Of a DNA stretch of 64,000 bases, positions 36,378 through 45,645 are shown one piece after another. Source of the stretch: Cytophagales bacterium. GTDB taxonomy: Bacteria; Bacteroidota; Bacteroidia; Cytophagales; JAAEPT01. A program made the translations under genes and the position numbers. The notes beneath the pieces were generated by a model. It was not told the origin of the DNA. It worked only from the letters and a program-made list of their open reading frames with translations, and ran no database searches. The DNA is taken from the NCBI GenBank assembly GCA_965267335.1, contig OZ253953.1:1670486-1734485 (forward strand). Reading direction: 5' to 3'. Positions within the stretch are counted from its first letter, which is position 1, and every line of letters starts with the position of its first letter.

Positions 36378-38336
36378 TTAGAAAAATACTTTAAATTCAA
36401 TTGTTGCCTCACTGCCTTTCATGACCTCAAGGTCTTGGCTGGAATCTTCGTATGAGAAGAATTTCTGCCGGAAGAATACCGAGGACTGATTACTGATTTT
36501 TGCATCGAAACCAATTCCAAAAGAGGTGCCCCATTGATCTCTTGGATCACCTGTGGATCCTAGCTCTGTTTCATGATTCCCCTTAATCGACTCCATTCCA
36601 TAATAAAAGTCGAGGTAGAAATTGTTGGATAGCCCCAGATAGACTTCAAATTCAGAAGTCCATGATCTCAGGTATGCATCTGAGTTCATCATAACAAATG
36701 GTGCAAATGCATTTTGAACGGAGCTTAATGAGATAAGATTGAAGAAGTAGAAGTCTTTGTCAAGTATCCTTTCACGATACTTGAGCTGTAGGTCAAATGC
36801 GTTGAAATGCCTTTTGACCGGTGTGCCAGTAACTGTAACCAGTTCATATACGCCACGATAGAACTGATTAAATCGGCCATTTGGTCCTAAACCTCCAGGT
36901 GCCGGGAAGAAGTTTGGAAGCCTTGAGTACGTTAGGCTGTTAACTCTGTGTGCGTAAGAAAGGAGCGTATCTTCCGGGTTGGCATCTCTTAACTCACTTG
37001 ACATTTCTGTGCCCAGAATTACTTTCACTTTACCTAACTTGAACTCGGTATTGAGGTTCAATGACCTTCTATTATTGGCAATATCTCCAACGCTGATCAT
37101 CCCTCCTGCAAAAGGCTGAAATATATTTCCCCCAATACCGGAGTATCCGGCATTCACTTCTCTAATAGTATTGTTGCTAAAGGAAGCTGTACTGTTAACG
37201 AAGTTTTCATTTAATTGATAAAATCGCATCGATAGAGACCCGTACTTAATTAATGATTTTTTTAGAGTCACCTCAGCAAGAACTCCTTCACCCCAACCAC
37301 GTTCAATATTAGGGCTTTCATATCCTCCGATTCCAGCTTCACCATTAAGGTTGATTTTGTCTTTTAGGTTAATATCAAACTCCGCAGTATACATGTTTAC
37401 CTGAGCCCGTGGTTCATCCAATTCTGCTGAGTTAATGCTGTCTGAAGTCGTCATAGAATGATAGGTGACAAGACTAATTCTGTCATCATCCACAGTTTTG
37501 TTTAACTTGAATGCTACATTTCGCGTTGGCATTACTTCAGCTACTCTGTCAAATCCACTAGTAGTTTGGGTTTTGCCGTAAAAGATATCGGCAGTTGTTC
37601 CTAATGGAAGTCCATTAGCTTGAATCATAAAACCCTTCATTCCGGTTGTCCCGAAACGAGCATCTATGTTGTAGGTGCCGTTATAATAATATCCTGCATA
37701 TCGATCTTTTAGGTTGCCGACACCATCCCATGGTTGCCTTTCGAATACACTAAAACGTTGGTATCTGGTATTTGATGACAACGTGAATTTTGTAAGACTT
37801 CTCCATTCAATTCCACCGGCTACCAGGTAGAAATTACCATATTTTGTGTTGGCACTACCTCTTAACACGAGGGCTTGAAAAACATTAAATCCGTCAGGGA
37901 ATGGTTCGCCCGGAGAAGGCCAAACCGTAAAAGGATTAGCCAGAATCATTTCACTTCCCAAACTATACGTTGGTCCGTTTAACCCAATGTACATGAGCAT
38001 AAAGGGATCATAGTATCCTTCTCCCAACCGCATCTCTTTATTTGCACCTAACGTGCCGTATGGTGTCGACATGGCTCTGCTGAATGCAAACCCTCTAAAA
38101 TAACCACCTACAATCAGGTCTTCATTTAACCGGTTAAGAAATCCCTTTTCAGTAATGGGTTCGATCTCCTTAGTTTCTTTCTTGTCCTTAAGCTCAGGTA
38201 TGTTACCCTTGAGTAGATTTGTTTTCTTAACGATCGGATCAAGTTCGAGGGAGTCTGATGCATAGGTGTGTGCTGTCATCATGAATAACGTAGCACATAC
38301 TACCCCTGCATTCAATATTTTAGAAAATGCTTTCAT
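36378..38336 (-). CDS. Outer-membrane beta-barrel protein (family unrecognised)
   Basis: 652 aa with signal peptide MKAFSKILNAGVVCATLFMMTAHTYA. It has beta-strand periodicity and ends ...ATIEFKVFF, with the terminal Phe typical of BAM substrates. Confidence 0.65.
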   Translation of the reverse strand: MKAFSKILNAGVVCATLFMMTAHTYASDSLELDPIVKKTNLLKGNIPELKDKKETKEIEPITEKGFLNRLNEDLIVGGYFRGFAFSRAMSTPYGTLGANKEMRLGEGYYDPFMLMYIGLNGPTYSLGSEMILANPFTVWPSPGEPFPDGFNVFQALVLRGSANTKYGNFYLVAGGIEWRSLTKFTLSSNTRYQRFSVFERQPWDGVGNLKDRYAGYYYNGTYNIDARFGTTGMKGFMIQANGLPLGTTADIFYGKTQTTSGFDRVAEVMPTRNVAFKLNKTVDDDRISLVTYHSMTTSDSINSAELDEPRAQVNMYTAEFDINLKDKINLNGEAGIGGYESPNIERGWGEGVLAEVTLKKSLIKYGSLSMRFYQLNENFVNSTASFSNNTIREVNAGYSGIGGNIFQPFAGGMISVGDIANNRRSLNLNTEFKLGKVKVILGTEMSSELRDANPEDTLLSYAHRVNSLTYSRLPNFFPAPGGLGPNGRFNQFYRGVYELVTVTGTPVKRHFNAFDLQLKYRERILDKDFYFFNLISLSSVQNAFAPFVMMNSDAYLRSWTSEFEVYLGLSNNFYLDFYYGMESIKGNHETELGSTGDPRDQWGTSFGIGFDAKISNQSSVFFRQKFFSYEDSSQDLEVMKGSEATIEFKVFF

Positions 38337-38366
38337 TTAAATCTGATTCTGTATTCCTCTATTGGT

Positions 38367-39272
38367 TTATTTTTGGTATACTCTTACGTAGTCGACAAAC
38401 ATATATTTTGGAAACTTGGTGTTTTCATCCGGTGGACCAGGCCAGTTGCCTCCTACAGCTACGTTGAGAAGCATGTGAAATTTTTGATCGAACGGCCATG
38501 GCTTAGGAGAGAGGTCCTCCGGTGTCTTCGTTGAAAATAGCTTATCATCTATGTACCAGCGAATTTCATCTTCTTCCCATTCTACACTGAACACGTGAAA
38601 CTCGTCTTCGAAAGTCCCTGATTCTAGTGTATAGGATTCTCCAGTATGCTTGTTATTAGGCCAGGGGTCTCCATAGTGAAGTGTACCGTGTGTGGTACTG
38701 GGTTTTTGACCTATGATCTCCATTATATCAATTTCACCACTCTTGGGCCAGCCTCCATAGACGTAGTCGGTTGGTAGCATCCAGATCGCGGGCCACATTC
38801 CTTGTTGAATTGGTAGTTTTGCTCTCACATCAAAACGGCCGTATTTCCAATCAGCCTTATTTTTAGTGTTGAGCCGGGCGGAAGTATAAAACTTGCCTTT
38901 ATAATTTTGTTCCTTCGCCTTAATCACTAGAAATCCATCTTTAATAAAGGAGTTGTTCCGGCTGTTGACATAGTACTGCAGCTCATTGTTTCCTCCACCG
39001 CTGCCATTAACTTCATGAGTCCATTTTGTTGAGTCGATTTCAGAGCCATTAAATTCATCTTGCCATACCAGTTTCCAGTCATCATCGCGTTCCGGCTTTT
39101 GTTTGTAACCGTTATCTACAATCTTCAATGTGAGGTTCTCTTCATCAATTGTTTCTCCTACAGGAACAAATAGATCATCCTTAACGATGAATGAAATGTT
39201 AGAACAGGCTGTAAGTATTAAGCTTGCGACTAAACCGTTAACAATCAGTTTAATATGATTTGATCTTTTCAT
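38367..39272 (-). CDS. Glycoside hydrolase family 16 beta-glucanase (laminarinase-type), lipoprotein
   Basis: Lipobox LILTAC; WQDEFNG...IDSTKWTHE; catalytic GEIDIMEIIG (ExDxxE); C-terminal FMFVDYVRVYQ. Confidence 0.9.
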   Translation of the reverse strand: MKRSNHIKLIVNGLVASLILTACSNISFIVKDDLFVPVGETIDEENLTLKIVDNGYKQKPERDDDWKLVWQDEFNGSEIDSTKWTHEVNGSGGGNNELQYYVNSRNNSFIKDGFLVIKAKEQNYKGKFYTSARLNTKNKADWKYGRFDVRAKLPIQQGMWPAIWMLPTDYVYGGWPKSGEIDIMEIIGQKPSTTHGTLHYGDPWPNNKHTGESYTLESGTFEDEFHVFSVEWEEDEIRWYIDDKLFSTKTPEDLSPKPWPFDQKFHMLLNVAVGGNWPGPPDENTKFPKYMFVDYVRVYQK

Positions 39273-39290
39273 TGTTAATTTTTTGTTCGA

Positions 39291-40421
39291 TTATTTTCTG
39301 ATAAATCGTACTCTGGATTTTTTGTGATCAGCTATGGAACCACCTTTCTCTAAGTGTATTTCGTCCAGATACAGTGTTCCAGTTTGAAGCATGATTCTGA
39401 ATAATGTATTGACTCGTTTCCTGGAGGCCTGTGTAATAGGAATAGTATACTTCTTCCATTCTTTGGTGACGTAGAGATACGAGTCGTTGACACCTTCTTC
39501 AAATCCTCCACCTTGCGCAAATCCTACGCTCGTAATAATATACTCATCATCATCTGTGCGAGCATAGAATACTAGTTTGGTGTAATCGCTTAGATCAGGA
39601 AGTTTAGTCTCATCGTCAAGGGTGACGTTCCATGCACCAGCGTACTGCACATCTAGTCCGCGCCACAGATCAATTCCCTCTTTGATTGTGAATTTGATGC
39701 ATTTTGGTCCTTCAAAGGCGTTTTCTCTCCATGCGTCTTGCATATCAATACTCGCTCCGTCTGCATCTCCCATATAGCCGGAAGGTATTCCATTTTCCCA
39801 CTTATCTGTATAAATATGATAGTGCTCAGGGTTGGGAGGAGTAGACCTTCTCTTGAATACAAGGTCATTTTCGTTTGTCGTAAGTGAAGTCGTGTAATAG
39901 ACATCGTCCACATATATGGTTCCTTTTCCTGTAAAAACCAAAAGAAAAAGGCCGTTGATACTTTTAAGGTCAAGTCCTCCAAGTTCAAATACAACTCTTT
40001 TCCATTCTGATGTTAATGGAATCCCTTTTTCTGAAATATTTGTTTCGCTTCCTTCTCCGATACCTGCCTTTTCTAATGTAAATGTAGTGTCAGTTCTAAC
40101 TTGGAAGGTCAAATATTTGTAAGGAGATAGATCGATGAACTTAGATTTGTCTTCGGTAGCATCTCTCCAGGTGCCAGAAGCTTGAAAGTATATCCCATTC
40201 CAGGCTTCTTCACCACTGAGAACAAACTTCATGCATTTTGAGCCGGTTGCTGGTTTGACGGTACAATCATAACTGTCAGATAATCCACTTCCGCCCCAGG
40301 CCCCCATCTTTCCTGATGGCTGGCTGTTCTTTACTTCGTCATCATAGACTACAAATTTGTCTTGTGCAAGTAGGTTGGTAGTTGTTGCAATTATCAATAG
40401 ACCAGCTAATAGGTTGTTCAT
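39291..40421 (-). CDS. Secreted protein with two tandem CBM-like beta-sandwich domains
   Basis: 376 aa with a signal peptide. Two ~170-aa halves share the same pattern (Y.D......PSG.MG......D...........KC.KF........W.G...Q..G.W......K..DLS.Y..L.F..RTD). It is the first gene of the GH16 cluster. Confidence 0.55.
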   Translation of the reverse strand: MNNLLAGLLIIATTTNLLAQDKFVVYDDEVKNSQPSGKMGAWGGSGLSDSYDCTVKPATGSKCMKFVLSGEEAWNGIYFQASGTWRDATEDKSKFIDLSPYKYLTFQVRTDTTFTLEKAGIGEGSETNISEKGIPLTSEWKRVVFELGGLDLKSINGLFLLVFTGKGTIYVDDVYYTTSLTTNENDLVFKRRSTPPNPEHYHIYTDKWENGIPSGYMGDADGASIDMQDAWRENAFEGPKCIKFTIKEGIDLWRGLDVQYAGAWNVTLDDETKLPDLSDYTKLVFYARTDDDEYIITSVGFAQGGGFEEGVNDSYLYVTKEWKKYTIPITQASRKRVNTLFRIMLQTGTLYLDEIHLEKGGSIADHKKSRVRFIRK

Positions 40422-40621
40422 TTGGTGATTGAGTTAATTGTAGTATTTGTTGTTGTTCTGTGCAATCAGATTATATCAATTCCCAGTGAAAACATAATTA
40501 TTTATCCTCTTCGTAAGGATATTGTGTGAGAGAACCGGAAATATCAGGAATTAATTTTTCACTTAAAACACAAGATACTTTACGCTTAATGCGCTCAAAG
40601 AGTTGTTTTATTATTCGATTA

Positions 40622-40662
40622 ATTCGCAAAATATGAATGTGTCACTATTGTGTTTTGCGAAT
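40622..40662. promoter_or_regulatory. Perfect 10-bp inverted repeat (candidate operator) in the divergent intergenic region
   Basis: attcgcaaaa (40622-40631) and ttttgcgaat (40653-40662) are exact reverse complements separated by 21 nt. They lie ~200 nt upstream of the GH16-cluster start and ~110 nt upstream of the OmpA-family gene. Confidence 0.45.
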
Positions 40663-40771
40663 AATAATTTTGACTATAAGCTTAAAGAATTATCATATAA
40701 TCGTTAGGTAATTCACTGATAAAACCTCCTTTTTTACTATATTACTGGCCTACCAATGCAAAATTGTACCT

Positions 40772-42868
40772 ATGAGAAGGCTTCCAAAACTGAGTTTTAC
40801 CCTCATATTATTCCTTACACTTGGAGTTACAGTTGTTAATGCTCAATCCAAAAAACAACTCAAAAAAAATAAAAAGCAGGCCGAAAAGCTGGTAAAAGAA
40901 GCTGATGCGGAATTTGATCATCAGATGTATCCTCAGGCTCTTGAACTATATCTGGAGGCCAATAAACTATATAGTGAGGATGCTCATACCAATTTACACA
41001 TCGGACTCTGTTACGAGAAATACAAGGACAAGGGACGAGCGGTGGAATACATCCGAAAGGCATATGAACTGAACCCCGAAGTTCATGAGGATATCCTGTA
41101 TTATCTTGCGGAAGGGTATCATTATCACGAGGATTTTGATGATGCTATAGAACATTATAAGAAATATATAGCAACACTAAATTCTAAAAAGGATGCTTAT
41201 AAAATCAAGTTGGCGGATCGTGGTATTTATGAGTGCAATAATGCAAAGGAGTTTGTTGCCAATCCTGTAGATGTAAAAATTAAACGTCTGGGAAGCGCAA
41301 TTAATAGTAAGTGGAATGATTATTCTCCGGTGATCAGTGCTGATGAAGAAATTATGGTTTTCACCTCCAGAAGAGAAGGTACTACCGGTGGTGGTCAGGA
41401 TCATACCGGTATCTGGTATGAGGATGTTTACATTAGCAAGAAAGTGAATGGCCAATTTCAACCGGCCCAAAATTTGAGTACAGTGAATACCGATGTGCAC
41501 GAGGCTAGTGTAAGTCTATCCCCTGATGGTAAAAAACTCATCTTGTATAAAGGAGATGTGGGTGGAGGAGACCTTTTTCTCTGTAAACAGAAGGAGGATG
41601 GTGAATGGGTAAAACCAAAGCCTTTTCCTAAATCAATCAGTGCCAAAAAATCATACGAGCCTTCCGGTACAATTTCTAATGATGGTAACACACTGTACTT
41701 TGTGAGTAATAGAGACGGTGGTTTTGGAGGATTGGATATCTATAAGGCAACAAAAAACAAAAAAGGGAAGTGGGATGACCCGGTCAATCTTGGCCCAACT
41801 ATTAACACGGAAGAGGACGAGGACGCACCATTTCTGGATTTGGATGGAAAGACACTTTACTTTAGTTCAGAGTCCCACAAAGGGATGGGAGAGTACGATA
41901 TTTTCAAGTCGGTGTACGATGAAGCTTCTGATACCTGGTCGGAGCCGGAAAACCTGGGCTATCCAATCAATTCAGTAGAGAGCGATATTTATTTCGTTCT
42001 TTCCGGAGATGGAAGGCATGCTTACTTTAGCTCTGTAAAGGAAGGCGGAATGGGTGGAGAGGATATTTACATTTTTGAAATGCCCAAGTCTGAAGATTAT
42101 GCTGACAGGATAGCAATGGTTGAAGAAATAACCGGCCATCATGTGGAAGAGGAACCGGAACCAGAACCAGAGCCTGAGCCAATACCCGAGCCTGAGCCAG
42201 AACCGGAACCAGACCCAATTGTAGTAGAACTGATGGAAGTACAATTGATAGTAAAAATCTTTGATGCTACAACTAATGAGCCACTCGAAGCGACTATTCA
42301 ACTTGTCGATGCTGAGACGAAAGAGGAGTTTGTGAATACGACAGCTTTGGATGGAATCTTTGAAGCCGAGTTCAAGGAAGACAAACCCGTTGTCTATTCT
42401 ATTTATGCCCAACGAGAGGGATATGGTTATAAATCGATCAATGTTACAATACCAGCAATGTCTGATGTGCCACAGCGAATTGAAAAGTTGATTTATTTGA
42501 AGCCAATCGAACAGGAGATTGAAGTAATCCATGTCCTTAGAAATATTTACTTCGACTTCGACAAGTTTACTCTCAAGCCAGAGTCATATAATGAGTTGGA
42601 AAAACTGGAAAAGATGCTAAAAGACAATCCGAACCTAAAGGTAGAACTTGCAGGTCATACGGATTTTATTGGTCCGGATGGCTATAATGACGTACTGTCC
42701 AGAAAAAGGGCAAAGGCTGTTGTTAACTATCTTCAGTCAAAAGGAATTAGTCCTTCCAGGATGACTTACAAAGGTTATGGTGAAACTAAACCCATGGCCA
42801 GTAATGATGATGAATCAGAAGGTAGAGAGTTGAATCGTAGAACTGAATTCATATTACTCGAGGATTGA
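40772..42868 (+). CDS. OmpA-family protein with TPR, TolB-like beta-propeller repeats, Glu-Pro linker, carboxypeptidase-regulatory-like domain and C-terminal OmpA domain
   Basis: 698 aa with a signal peptide. TPR-like YPQALELYLEANKLY; repeated SP.IS.D....F.S.R.GG.G..DI (WD40-like beta-propeller); C-terminal NIYFDFDKFTLKPES...LAGHTDFIGPDGYNDVLSRKRAKAV...NRRTEFILL. Confidence 0.9.
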   Translation: MRRLPKLSFTLILFLTLGVTVVNAQSKKQLKKNKKQAEKLVKEADAEFDHQMYPQALELYLEANKLYSEDAHTNLHIGLCYEKYKDKGRAVEYIRKAYELNPEVHEDILYYLAEGYHYHEDFDDAIEHYKKYIATLNSKKDAYKIKLADRGIYECNNAKEFVANPVDVKIKRLGSAINSKWNDYSPVISADEEIMVFTSRREGTTGGGQDHTGIWYEDVYISKKVNGQFQPAQNLSTVNTDVHEASVSLSPDGKKLILYKGDVGGGDLFLCKQKEDGEWVKPKPFPKSISAKKSYEPSGTISNDGNTLYFVSNRDGGFGGLDIYKATKNKKGKWDDPVNLGPTINTEEDEDAPFLDLDGKTLYFSSESHKGMGEYDIFKSVYDEASDTWSEPENLGYPINSVESDIYFVLSGDGRHAYFSSVKEGGMGGEDIYIFEMPKSEDYADRIAMVEEITGHHVEEEPEPEPEPEPIPEPEPEPEPDPIVVELMEVQLIVKIFDATTNEPLEATIQLVDAETKEEFVNTTALDGIFEAEFKEDKPVVYSIYAQREGYGYKSINVTIPAMSDVPQRIEKLIYLKPIEQEIEVIHVLRNIYFDFDKFTLKPESYNELEKLEKMLKDNPNLKVELAGHTDFIGPDGYNDVLSRKRAKAVVNYLQSKGISPSRMTYKGYGETKPMASNDDESEGRELNRRTEFILLED
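42146..42217 (+). repeat. In-frame (GAR-CCN)n repeat encoding EEEPEPEPEPEPIPEPEPEPEPDP
   Basis: Read directly from the sequence: 24 codons of alternating Glu/Pro inside the OmpA-family CDS. Interpreted as an interdomain linker. Confidence 0.9.
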
Positions 42869-43489
42869 TTTCAATAGATCGAGGTCAATTTCATGGCCTC
42901 CTTCGTATTCTATAAAATTGATGTGAGGAACTGTTTTTTTCAGTTCCTCTATTTTTTCCAAGTGTTCTGTTGTCAGCAGAGGATCCTTATTGCCGTAGCA
43001 AGCGGTAATATTCTGGTGATCGAAGAATTCACTTGAAGGATCAAAATCATTATTTCCTGACGGAGGGAGAATTCCACTCCACAAAATTAGCTTTTCAAAA
43101 TGATGATTTTCAGCGTGAGCCCAACGGCAAATAGTCGGGACGCCCTGTGAAAACCCAAATCCAACCCAGCTTGCTGATGGGTGTTGCGCATTTAAATGTT
43201 GATACAAGTTTTCGAGGAACCGAACATGATTTTCAATATCGGTAATTCTATCTTCCCTGGTCATCCAGGAAGCACCCACTCTCCCTGTAAAGCCTTCCAG
43301 GTAAAATTTAGAAAGCCCTTCAGGTGCAATAACCAGTGTATTGGATTCTTTCAGCCATTCAAACTTTTTGATAAAGTACTGCGCTAATTGACCATATCCA
43401 TGACAGGCCATAATGATTCTTTTGGGTTCATCACTACCCAATGAATAGTACCTCGCCTTATACTCAGTTTTCAAATGGTTTTCATTCAT
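42854..43489 (-). CDS. Alpha/beta-hydrolase (carboxylesterase/phospholipase-type)
   Basis: IIMACHGYGQLAQYF and the nucleophile elbow GFSQG. ATG 43489 (MNENHLKTEYKARYYSLG) is preferred, because the ORF-track start 43597 would overlap the divergent dehydrogenase gene. 15-nt convergent overlap with the OmpA-family gene. Confidence 0.75.
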   Translation of the reverse strand: MNENHLKTEYKARYYSLGSDEPKRIIMACHGYGQLAQYFIKKFEWLKESNTLVIAPEGLSKFYLEGFTGRVGASWMTREDRITDIENHVRFLENLYQHLNAQHPSASWVGFGFSQGVPTICRWAHAENHHFEKLILWSGILPPSGNNDFDPSSEFFDHQNITACYGNKDPLLTTEHLEKIEELKKTVPHINFIEYEGGHEIDLDLLKSILE

Positions 43490-43521
43490 TCCGAAAATTA
43501 CCAAATCCTTTTGAAGGACAA

Positions 43522-44877
43522 ATGAATTCCTATAATTTGGTGGTAATGGGTGCAAAAAGAATTTTCTTAATAGGGGCAGGTAGGTCTTCAACTTCATTAA
43601 TCGATTACTTACTAGGTAATGCAGAAGAGCATGATTGGTCGCTGGTAGTGGGTGATACTTCCTTTGAGCTTGCCAAGTCGAAAGTAAAGGATAATAATCG
43701 GGGTGATTCTATTCAGTTTGATGTGTTTAATACAGATCAGTTGAATAATCAGGTTGAAAAGGCGGATCTGGTTATCAGTATGTTGCCGGCAAACTTGCAC
43801 CACTACGTAGCCAAAGTGTGCCTTAATTTTGCAAAACCAATGCTTACAGCTTCATATATCTCTAATGAAATCAGCGCGATGGATCAGGAGGCCAGGGACA
43901 AAGAAGTTTTTATTTTAATGGAGTGTGGACTTGATCCTGGTATCGATCACATGAGTGCCAAATTAGAAATAGACAGAATAAGTAAGGAAGGAGGGAAGTT
44001 ACTCTCCTTTAAATCCTTCACTGGTGGGTTGGTTGCGCCAGAGTCTGATGATAATCCCTGGAACTATAAGTTTACCTGGAATCCCCGTAATGTGGTCTTA
44101 GCAGGTCAAGGAGTGGTCAAGTTCATCAGAAACGGGAAATACAAATATATCCCGTACAACAGCCTATTTACCAGACTGGAAAAGGTCATGGTGACAGGGT
44201 ATGGTGAGTTTGAAGGGTATGCGAACCGCGATTCATTGAGATATCGAGAAATCTATGACATTAAAGACATACCAACACTCTTTCGTGGGACTTTAAGAAG
44301 GCCAGGGTTTTCCAAGGCATGGAATGTTTTCGTTCGACTGGGTTTGACCGATGATACTTATACCATGGAGGATACTGATCAAATGACCTATAGGGATTAT
44401 ATCAACTCTTTCCTTGTATATAGTCCAACGGATAATGTCGAAACGAAACTTGCTAATTATCTAGGGGTAGAGGTGGATTCCGAGGTCATGAAAAAAATTG
44501 AATGGTTAGGGCTGTTTGGGGATACTCGGGTTGGAATAAAGAATGCTACTCCAGCACAGGTCTTGCAAAAGTGTCTGGAAGAGAAATGGCAATTAAAACC
44601 TGATGACCGAGACATGATTGTCATGCAGCATCAGTTTGAATATGAGCAGAAAGGCGGTTTAAAGGGCAAGACAACTTCTCTGGTTGTAAAGGGTGACAAT
44701 GCGACCAGTACATCAATGGCTCGTACAGTAGGATTGCCACTTGGTATTGCGGCTAAATTGATTCTGACCAATAAGATAAAACTCACAGGAGTACATACAC
44801 CAACTAAAGAGGAGATTTATGTGCCTATTTTAAGAGAACTTGAAGAGCAATTTGATATAGCATTTTTTGAAGGCTAA
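43522..44877 (+). CDS. Saccharopine dehydrogenase/reductase family protein
   Basis: Rossmann start RIFLIGAGRSS, plus ECGLDPGIDHM and the later FTWNPRNVVLAG block typical of saccharopine reductase. The start is ATG 43522 or 43546; the ORF-track 43441 is unlikely. Confidence 0.85.
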   Translation: MNSYNLVVMGAKRIFLIGAGRSSTSLIDYLLGNAEEHDWSLVVGDTSFELAKSKVKDNNRGDSIQFDVFNTDQLNNQVEKADLVISMLPANLHHYVAKVCLNFAKPMLTASYISNEISAMDQEARDKEVFILMECGLDPGIDHMSAKLEIDRISKEGGKLLSFKSFTGGLVAPESDDNPWNYKFTWNPRNVVLAGQGVVKFIRNGKYKYIPYNSLFTRLEKVMVTGYGEFEGYANRDSLRYREIYDIKDIPTLFRGTLRRPGFSKAWNVFVRLGLTDDTYTMEDTDQMTYRDYINSFLVYSPTDNVETKLANYLGVEVDSEVMKKIEWLGLFGDTRVGIKNATPAQVLQKCLEEKWQLKPDDRDMIVMQHQFEYEQKGGLKGKTTSLVVKGDNATSTSMARTVGLPLGIAAKLILTNKIKLTGVHTPTKEEIYVPILRELEEQFDIAFFEG

Positions 44878-45165
44878 TTGTGGATAAGTATTTAATCGAT
44901 TGATTATCTGTTGAATAGAATTTTGTTAAATTGATAGATAATTATTGCGTACTATGAGCGTTAAAATAGTTAAACGAATAAACTGTTTAGTCTATGAAAC
45001 AATCAGCTAAAAATTTCAGACTTTTTATTCTTGGAGAACGTTCGTTAAACAATTCTGATTTGGTCAATGTAGATTACTCTGAATGTGAAGTTTACTACAT
45101 GCCTTCTAGTTTCAGTATTTTTGATGTATTGAAATTTTCTCCGGATATCATTTTTGATCAAGGTA

Positions 45166-45188
45166 CCGACAAAGTATTTGATTGTCGG
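45166..45188 (-). terminator. Hairpin just downstream of rnhA (terminator candidate without clear U-tract)
   Basis: 7-bp stem ccgacaa (45166-45172) / ttgtcgg (45182-45188) with a 9-nt loop, 8 nt after the rnhA stop. Confidence 0.35.
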
Positions 45189-45196
45189 AACATCGC

Positions 45197-45643
45197 TTAG
45201 TTTCCGGTGTAACCATGATCAATTTGTAAGTCTGCTCCTTCAGCACTGCGAACTGCCAATTCATCGCACCGTTCGTTTTCCGGGATACCTGCGTGCCCTT
45301 TTACCCACTGAAATGTTACCTTGTGTTTTTTGTAGAGCGGAATAAATCGTTTCCACAAGTCAACATTTTTCTTTCCTTTGAAGTTCTTTTTTTCCCAACC
45401 CCATAACCAACCTTTTTCAACTGAATCAACTACATATTTCGAGTCTGAATAGATTTTAACGGGCATTGGCTTCGTAAGAGCTTCAAGGCCTTTGATTACA
45501 GCCAGTAATTCCATCCGATTGTTGGTAGTATTGGAGAAGCCTTCACTTAATTCTTTCCTGTGCTGTTTGTAAATAAGTACTACACCGTAGCCTCCCGGTC
45601 CGGGATTGCCTTTTGCTGCGCCATCCGTGTACATTACTACCAT
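45197..45643 (-). CDS. rnhA: Ribonuclease HI
   Basis: YTDGAAKGNPGPGGYGVVL...TNNRMELLAV...IYSDSKYV...WVKGHAGIPENERCDELA carries the DEDD catalytic pattern of RNase H1. Confidence 0.95.
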   Translation of the reverse strand: MVVMYTDGAAKGNPGPGGYGVVLIYKQHRKELSEGFSNTTNNRMELLAVIKGLEALTKPMPVKIYSDSKYVVDSVEKGWLWGWEKKNFKGKKNVDLWKRFIPLYKKHKVTFQWVKGHAGIPENERCDELAVRSAEGADLQIDHGYTGN

Positions 45644-45645
45644 AA

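Noticed and set aside
40500-40661. 41-codon minus-strand ORF (TTG start, MRINRIIKQLFERIKRKVSCVLSEKLIPDISGSLTQYPYEEDK) in the divergent intergenic region
   Set aside because: It is short, has a non-ATG start, and overlaps the inverted repeat that is better explained as an operator. No family resemblance. Conservation cannot be judged without a search.
42146-42217. Apparent tandem hexanucleotide repeat (possible microsatellite or CRISPR-like periodicity)
   Set aside because: It is in frame and encodes an EP-rich interdomain linker. The units are degenerate at the third codon position. There are no spacers or flanking repeat array, so it is neither a CRISPR nor a non-coding repeat.
41972-42532. 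186-aa minus-strand ORF inside the OmpA-family gene
   Set aside because: It is antisense to a well-supported CDS. Its odd WFRFWLRLGYWLRLWFWFRF stretch is simply the complement of the Glu-Pro linker repeat.
43441-43597. Apparent 157-nt head-to-head overlap of the hydrolase and saccharopine dehydrogenase ORFs
   Set aside because: This is an artefact of taking the longest ORFs. Internal ATGs (43489 minus; 43522 or 43546 plus) give N-termini that match the family patterns and remove the overlap.
44994-45200. 68-aa ORF in the 320-bp gap between the saccharopine dehydrogenase gene and rnhA
   Set aside because: It has no recognisable motif. Its 3' end contains the hairpin that more plausibly terminates rnhA, and its stop overlaps the rnhA stop. 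It is kept only as a possibility and not called as a feature.
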